From assembly GCA_964654545.1 (NCBI GenBank), contig CAZZIU010000014.1, positions 899-64,898 of the forward strand: a DNA stretch of 64,000 nucleotides. The letters run 5' to 3'. Shown piece after piece: positions 59,033-64,000 of this stretch. Each line of letters opens with the position of its first letter. Within the stretch, counting starts at the first letter, position 1. This DNA comes from an uncultured bacterium. Lineage in GTDB: Bacteria > Fidelibacterota > Marinisomatia > Marinisomatales > JABMOV01. Under the pieces are notes generated by a model. The model made no database searches and was not told where the DNA came from. It saw only the letters and a program-made list of their open reading frames with translations. Both the position numbers and the translations under genes were made by a program.

Positions 59033-59704
59033 ATGGCAAATAACTCTGGCCACCGCCAACGGTTACGGGATCGATTTTTAAAAAACGGTTTAGATGGCTT
59101 TCACGATTACGAAATCATCGAATTACTACTCACACTTGGTACGCCTAGAAAAGATTGCAAGGCTAGTGCGAAAACTGCAATCCGGCATTTTGGTAACCTG
59201 CGAAACGTATTGGAAGCTTCTCCCAATGAACTCCAACAAATTGAAGGAATCGGTCCTAACAATATTTTCGGTCTAAAAATCGCCCAATCTGTTGCCCGCC
59301 GATATTTAGCAGATCGTCTTAAAAAACGGGAATTTATTTCTTCGTCGGACGATGTGAAAAATTTTCTAATACATCATCTTAGAGACAGAAGCCGTGAAAT
59401 ATTTATGATAATATATCTCAATGGACGAAACCAGATTCTCGGACAGGAGGAACTGTTTGAAGGATCACTCAGTGCTTCTGCAGTCTATCCACGAGAAGTG
59501 GTAAAATCAGTTTTATACCATGATGCCGCCGCTGTTGTCCTGGTGCACAATCACCCAAGTGGCAACCCACGATCAAGCAAGGAAGATCGAACGATTACTG
59601 AAAAACTCCGAGTTGCACTAGCCAGTATTGATGTCAGCCTTCATGATCATTTGATTGTTGCAGGTGAGACAATCACATCATTTGCAGATGAAGGGTGGTT
59701 GTAA
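59033..59704 (+). CDS. radC: RadC-family (JAB/MPN domain, UPF0758) protein
   Basis: N-terminal HhH (GHRQRLRDRF..LLELLL-like, IEGIGPNN) and a JAMM motif (VLVHNHPSGNPRSSKEDRTIT). Confidence 0.85.
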   Translation: MANNSGHRQRLRDRFLKNGLDGFHDYEIIELLLTLGTPRKDCKASAKTAIRHFGNLRNVLEASPNELQQIEGIGPNNIFGLKIAQSVARRYLADRLKKREFISSSDDVKNFLIHHLRDRSREIFMIIYLNGRNQILGQEELFEGSLSASAVYPREVVKSVLYHDAAAVVLVHNHPSGNPRSSKEDRTITEKLRVALASIDVSLHDHLIVAGETITSFADEGWL

Positions 59705-59874
59705 TACACGGAAGGTAATATTGTTTATTGTGGGGAATTAAAACGAACCAGCTTCAAAATAAATTAATGCCAAAAAATCCCAAAACTTCTTCATAATTAA
59801 TACGGCAATCCTTGCTCCCATAGGATTAGGTAAATAAATTTGCACTTCAATTTTTAAATCCGCAGGAACGTATC

Positions 59875-61053
59875 ATGTCATCACCATTCACAGTGGGCCC
59901 CAAAGGAGATAAACCACGCTCCGATTTACGCGTGACTTTTTCTAAAAATTCCTCGCCCTTGAAGGTGTCGATTCAAAGCAAAGTAGAGTCATTGTACGGT
60001 GATAGTATAAAAGAGTCTGTTCTTCAAACCTGTGACGAATTGGAAGTTAGTACCGGATTGCTCGAGATTGATGATTACGGTGCATTGCCATTTGTCATTT
60101 CCGCCAGAGTGGAAGCAGCAATAAAAAAAGCATATCCAAATAATAAAAATGTTGCCCTCCCAGAATTAAAGTCCTTTTGCACGCATACATCATCGCGCTT
60201 CCGTTTTAGAAGGAGCCGATTGTATTTACCGGGAAATCAACCCAAACTCATGTTAAATGCCGGAATTCACAAACCGGATGGACTAATCCTTGATCTTGAG
60301 GATGCTGTTTCTCCGCTGGAAAAAGACGATACACAATATTTGGTCAGGAATGTTTTACGATCATTGGATTTTATGGGTGCGGAGAGGATGGTACGCATCA
60401 ATCAGGGAGAGCAGGGACTGCAGGATTTGGAATTTGTTATACCTCATAATGTGCATCTGATACTTATTCCAAAGGTAGAAAGCGCTGATCAGGTAAAGCA
60501 GGTGGACACTAAAATTCATGAAATTGCACAACGATGGGGACGGAAAGATCCCGTGTATCTCATGCCCATACTTGAAAGTGGTCGGGGTATTCTAAAAGCA
60601 CTCGAAATAGCTGAGGCATCAGAAAACACTGTGGCCCTGGCAATTGGGTTGGAAGATTACACAGCCGATATTGGCGTCCAAAGAACACTGGATGGCAGGG
60701 AATCTTTTTTTGCTCGCAGTATGCTCATTAATGCAGCGCGTGCTGCCGGAATACAGGCCATTGATACAGTATTTAGTGATGTAAGCGACGAGGAAGGATT
60801 AAGAACATCAGTACGAGAAGCAAAAATGCTGGGATTCGATGGGAAAGGCTGCATTCACCCGCGGCAAATAAAACCGATACATGAAGAATTTGCTCCGACA
60901 GATACTGAAGTGGAAAAAGCGCAAAAGATAGTGACCGCTTTTCAGGAGGCTGAAGCAAAAGGTTTGGGTGTGGTTGCCCTTGGTAACAAGATGATTGACC
61001 CACCGGTTGTGAAGCGTGCGCTCAGAATTTTAGATTTAAATAACAGTAAATGA
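59875..61053 (+). CDS. citE: citrate lyase acyl-carrier (CitD-like) N-domain fused to the citrate (pro-3S)-lyase beta subunit / citryl-CoA lyase (CitE)
   Basis: The first ~95 aa parallel CitD (RSDLRVTF around the prosthetic-group Ser; EIDDYGALPFVISARVEAAIKKA versus E. coli VDDKGALDCILRARLEA). The rest is collinear with CitE: RSRLYLPGNQPK, LILDLEDAV, AIGLEDY, GFDGKGCIHPRQI, ALGNKMIDPPVV. Confidence 0.8.
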   Translation: MSSPFTVGPKGDKPRSDLRVTFSKNSSPLKVSIQSKVESLYGDSIKESVLQTCDELEVSTGLLEIDDYGALPFVISARVEAAIKKAYPNNKNVALPELKSFCTHTSSRFRFRRSRLYLPGNQPKLMLNAGIHKPDGLILDLEDAVSPLEKDDTQYLVRNVLRSLDFMGAERMVRINQGEQGLQDLEFVIPHNVHLILIPKVESADQVKQVDTKIHEIAQRWGRKDPVYLMPILESGRGILKALEIAEASENTVALAIGLEDYTADIGVQRTLDGRESFFARSMLINAARAAGIQAIDTVFSDVSDEEGLRTSVREAKMLGFDGKGCIHPRQIKPIHEEFAPTDTEVEKAQKIVTAFQEAEAKGLGVVALGNKMIDPPVVKRALRILDLNNSK

Positions 61054-61105
61054 TTCAATTGATATATGAAACAATTGAGGGAATGAATGTCCATATGGGA
61101 ATCGT

Positions 61106-62662
61106 ATGATGAAAATGGTTAAAAATGCTGCCGGGCGATTCGTCCCGATAGAAATTAATGGCGCGTCGCAAACTGCTTTCCAGGGTGTAGGAAATTTCAT
61201 ACCGGATGGTAACAAGGCTGCCCCACCCATACGCAGCTGTGCTCTATATCCACTGGACGGGAATAAAATCGTCCCATCATTGAGAGAAGCGTTAATAAAA
61301 GCGGGACTCAAGGATGGGATGACTATTTCCAATCATCATCATTTCCGAAATGGTGATTTGATCATGAATCAGGTTTTTGATATTGCTGCTGAATTGGGTA
61401 TCAAAGGTTTGCGCTGGTTTCCGTCGGCTGCATTTCCCTGTCATGCACCTATAATTGAACACATTAAAAATGGTGTTATCGATTGGATCGAGGGCTCTTT
61501 AAATGGTCCTCTGGGAGATTTTGCATCAAAAGGTGGAATGCGTGGTACGGGAGTATTGCGCAGTCACGGTGGTAGGTGGCAAGCGATTCAGGATGGGGAA
61601 GTTCACATCGATATTGCAATACTCGCGGCACCCACGGCAGACAAATTTGGGAATGCGACGGGTGATCGCGGACCATCCGCTTGTGGACTTTTGGGTTTTG
61701 GTATGGCAGATTCACTCTACGCGGATAATGTAATAGTTGTAACTGATAATCTTGTGCCATTTCCATGTGTCCCGTGGCAAATTCTAGGACAAAATGTTGA
61801 TCACGTTGTGGTAATGGATAAAATCGGTGAGCCTGAGAAGATAGTTTCCGGTACGACCCAGCTAACCAAATCACCTGATCGTTTATTTATTGCGGAACAA
61901 ACGGCATCGTTTGTGAAGGCTGCTGGCATCATGAAGGACGGATTCAGTTTCCAGGCTGGCGCAGGGGGTACAGCTCTGGCGTTTGCAATCTTTCTCAAAG
62001 AGATGATGAAAAATGATGGAATAAAAGCCAGATTCATACGTGGCGGATCAACAAAATATCTGGTTGAAATGCTGGAAGAAGGTCTCACCGAATATATTCT
62101 GGATGGGCAAACATTTGACCTGGAAGGTGTGCGCTCCATGCGTGAAAATGTGGGACACGTGAATACATCACCTTTTACCAGCTATAACTGGCACGGGAAA
62201 GGCAACTTCGCATCCATGCTGGATGTGGTCGTCCTGGGTGCAACAGAAGTAGACGTTCATTTTAATGCCAACGTGGTTACCCACTCTGATGGTAAAATGT
62301 TGCATGGGATTGGGGGCTGGCAAAATTGCTTGTTCAGTAAATGCACCATTTTACCCATACCCGCTTTCCGCGATAGGATTCCGGTAATTGTTGATGAAGT
62401 CACAACCCTGGTAGGGCCGGGTGATTTGATCGACGTAATAATTACCGAACGTGGGATTGCCGTCAATCCACTGAGAAAAGATCTTATTGCTGCCACCAAA
62501 GACAGTGGCCTGAATATTCGACCAATCGAAGATATAAAAGCGGAAATTGATGATCTTATTGGAGGCACACCAGCAAAACCGAATCTAACGGAAGAAGTAA
62601 TTAGTGTGGTAAAATGGGTGGATGGCACACTACTGGATTCAATATATCGACTAAAGGAATAA
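61106..62662 (+). CDS. citF: citrate lyase alpha subunit (citrate CoA-transferase)
   Basis: Collinear with E. coli CitF as recalled: GLKDGMTISNHHHFRNGD, CHAPIIEHI, RSHGGR, IDIAILAAPTADKFGNATG, GIAVNP. Confidence 0.85.
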   Translation: MMKMVKNAAGRFVPIEINGASQTAFQGVGNFIPDGNKAAPPIRSCALYPLDGNKIVPSLREALIKAGLKDGMTISNHHHFRNGDLIMNQVFDIAAELGIKGLRWFPSAAFPCHAPIIEHIKNGVIDWIEGSLNGPLGDFASKGGMRGTGVLRSHGGRWQAIQDGEVHIDIAILAAPTADKFGNATGDRGPSACGLLGFGMADSLYADNVIVVTDNLVPFPCVPWQILGQNVDHVVVMDKIGEPEKIVSGTTQLTKSPDRLFIAEQTASFVKAAGIMKDGFSFQAGAGGTALAFAIFLKEMMKNDGIKARFIRGGSTKYLVEMLEEGLTEYILDGQTFDLEGVRSMRENVGHVNTSPFTSYNWHGKGNFASMLDVVVLGATEVDVHFNANVVTHSDGKMLHGIGGWQNCLFSKCTILPIPAFRDRIPVIVDEVTTLVGPGDLIDVIITERGIAVNPLRKDLIAATKDSGLNIRPIEDIKAEIDDLIGGTPAKPNLTEEVISVVKWVDGTLLDSIYRLKE

Positions 62663-62713
62663 GTAGTCTATTGTGTGAATTATGAATAGAAAAGAATTAT
62701 ATACGGAGATATC

Positions 62714-63247
62714 ATGCGTGATAAAGTTTTAAAAATTTGGCCGGAGATCGAGTGGATCAAGGATAATGAACTTAAGGAAAAAACGCTAAATGCTTGGATC
62801 TATGCGATTGAACAGAGTGTTTTGACTGCCGAAGATTTAGAAACAATTCCATTTTCTCTCCTCATCAAGAATTGTAATGTCTCGTTTATGAATCACAAAC
62901 GGACCTGCGTCCAATTGGCCGTGGATATTGCAAATCGAATGCAAACCAATTTCGGTGATGAAATTTCCATCAATATGGATATACTGATTTCTGGTGCAAT
63001 TTTGATTGATATCGGCAAATTATTGGAATATGAAATCAAAGACGGCAAGCTCACCACGAGTAATTATGGTAAAATTGTTCGGCACCCGTTTAGTGGCGTT
63101 GGAATCGCGGATCGATTTGATTTGCCTCCAGAGGTACAACACATTATTGGCACCCATTCCAAAGAAGGAGATTTGGGGATGCGAACGGTTGAGTCCATAA
63201 TTGTTCATCATGCCGATTTTGTCTCCTTTGAACCATTTAAAGCCTGA
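62714..63247 (+). CDS. HD-domain phosphohydrolase-like protein
   Basis: His/Asp residues are spaced as in HD domains: MNHKRTC..., LIDIGK, RHPFSG, GTHSKEGD, VHHADF. The specific function is unknown. Confidence 0.6.
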   Translation: MRDKVLKIWPEIEWIKDNELKEKTLNAWIYAIEQSVLTAEDLETIPFSLLIKNCNVSFMNHKRTCVQLAVDIANRMQTNFGDEISINMDILISGAILIDIGKLLEYEIKDGKLTTSNYGKIVRHPFSGVGIADRFDLPPEVQHIIGTHSKEGDLGMRTVESIIVHHADFVSFEPFKA

Positions 63248-63279
63248 GATTTTTCTTTTAACAAATAAGAGGGTACATC

Positions 63280-64000
63280 ATGCGCAATTTCTTAATCATT
63301 GGTTATATATTTTCAACAATTGTATTTGGACAAATTGATTTCGGTCGTCCTTCTGTAGCGGCAAGCGATGATCCATTGGCAATAGTAATTAATCCTGCGG
63401 GATTGGGTTTTACAGACCACAAAGAATCGATTTTTTACGGGCACTATGATGGTACTGAACTGACCCGCGATTTTGCATATTTCAATCAAAATGAACATTC
63501 CGGTTTTGGTTATCAATGGAATACTGTTTTAGGCAAAAATATTTGGTCAGCCAGTTACGGATTCAACCTGTCAACATCCCATACATTTGGATTCACCTAT
63601 TCCTTTTACAACGGCTTGTGGCGAGAAGGAATTCTCAATCTCGGTTGGATGTATCGGCCTGCGCAAATGATTTCAGTTGGCGCACACCTGACAAATGCCT
63701 GGTCAGGAACAGATGAGTTCAAAATACTCGATGCGGGATTGGCACTGCAAAATAAAACAGGACGTTTTGGCGCAGGTTATGAAACGTCCTTTGAATTTGA
63801 TGACAGCCAAAGCGATAATGGCGTTCAAACCGTTAATCGTGCCAGCATTTTCATCGAGCCAATTAAAGGAATTCGATTATCGGGTTATTCTGATCTGTCA
63901 GATCATTCAAATATTGGATTGGCGGTAAGCATCTTTTTAAGTGAATTTGGTGTTGAAACCCATGTGCAATCAGAAAATTCGAGTCCATCCACAATTGGAC
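63280..64000 (+). CDS. PorV/PorQ/FadL-like outer-membrane protein, 3' end cut by the window edge (absent from the ORF track)
   Basis: My translation from the ATG at 63280 is stop-free to position 64000. It gives MRNFLIIGYIFSTIVFG|QIDFGRPSVAASDDPLAIVINPAGLGF..., that is, a signal peptide plus the NPAGL signature shared with the other barrels here. Confidence 0.5.
   Translation, partial: MRNFLIIGYIFSTIVFGQIDFGRPSVAASDDPLAIVINPAGLGFTDHKESIFYGHYDGTELTRDFAYFNQNEHSGFGYQWNTVLGKNIWSASYGFNLSTSHTFGFTYSFYNGLWREGILNLGWMYRPAQMISVGAHLTNAWSGTDEFKILDAGLALQNKTGRFGAGYETSFEFDDSQSDNGVQTVNRASIFIEPIKGIRLSGYSDLSDHSNIGLAVSIFLSEFGVETHVQSENSSPSTIG

Overview
This window looks like a Fibrobacteres-Chlorobi-Bacteroidetes (FCB)-type bacterium. 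It carries type IX secretion system (T9SS) parts and C-terminal sorting domains (CTDs), yet several genes have clear Shine-Dalgarno sites. All calls come from reading motifs by eye; no search was run.

The left ~42 kb (+ strand) is cell-surface and accessory.
1. Positions 491-12786 hold a 7-gene, overlap-coupled operon. It is headed by the T9SS translocon gene sprA. It continues with an M28/glutaminyl-cyclase-like lipoprotein, a PorZ-like beta-propeller cargo, two PorV/PorQ-like barrels and a YibQ-type deacetylase.
2. Positions 12862-32824 hold the most unusual region. It has three endonuclease/exonuclease/phosphatase (EEP) nuclease domains and four lamin-tail domains (LTDs). It also has many ExeM/NucH-type beta-barrel units, a ComEA-like helix-hairpin-helix (HhH) domain fused to an outer-membrane barrel, a FadL-like barrel and a degenerate 5'-nucleotidase-like domain. 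Most of these proteins carry T9SS sorting domains. I read it as a candidate extracellular-DNA capture, degradation and uptake locus.
3. Positions 32886-39920 hold a lipoprotein / TonB-dependent receptor / PorV-like / NHL-propeller operon. Three small secreted or periplasmic proteins follow, up to 42268.

The right ~22 kb is mostly housekeeping: a NUDIX hydrolase, queG, elbB and a minus-strand ECF sigma / anti-sigma / toastrack / bactofilin-barrel operon. Then come mdh, rng-rplU-rpmA, metH with a terminator-bearing leader, an IMPase-family gene, thyX and radC. Last are a citD-citE fusion plus citF, an HD-domain gene, and a 3'-truncated PorV/FadL-like ORF that is missing from the ORF track.

I saw no rRNA, tRNA, CRISPR array, transposase or integrase.
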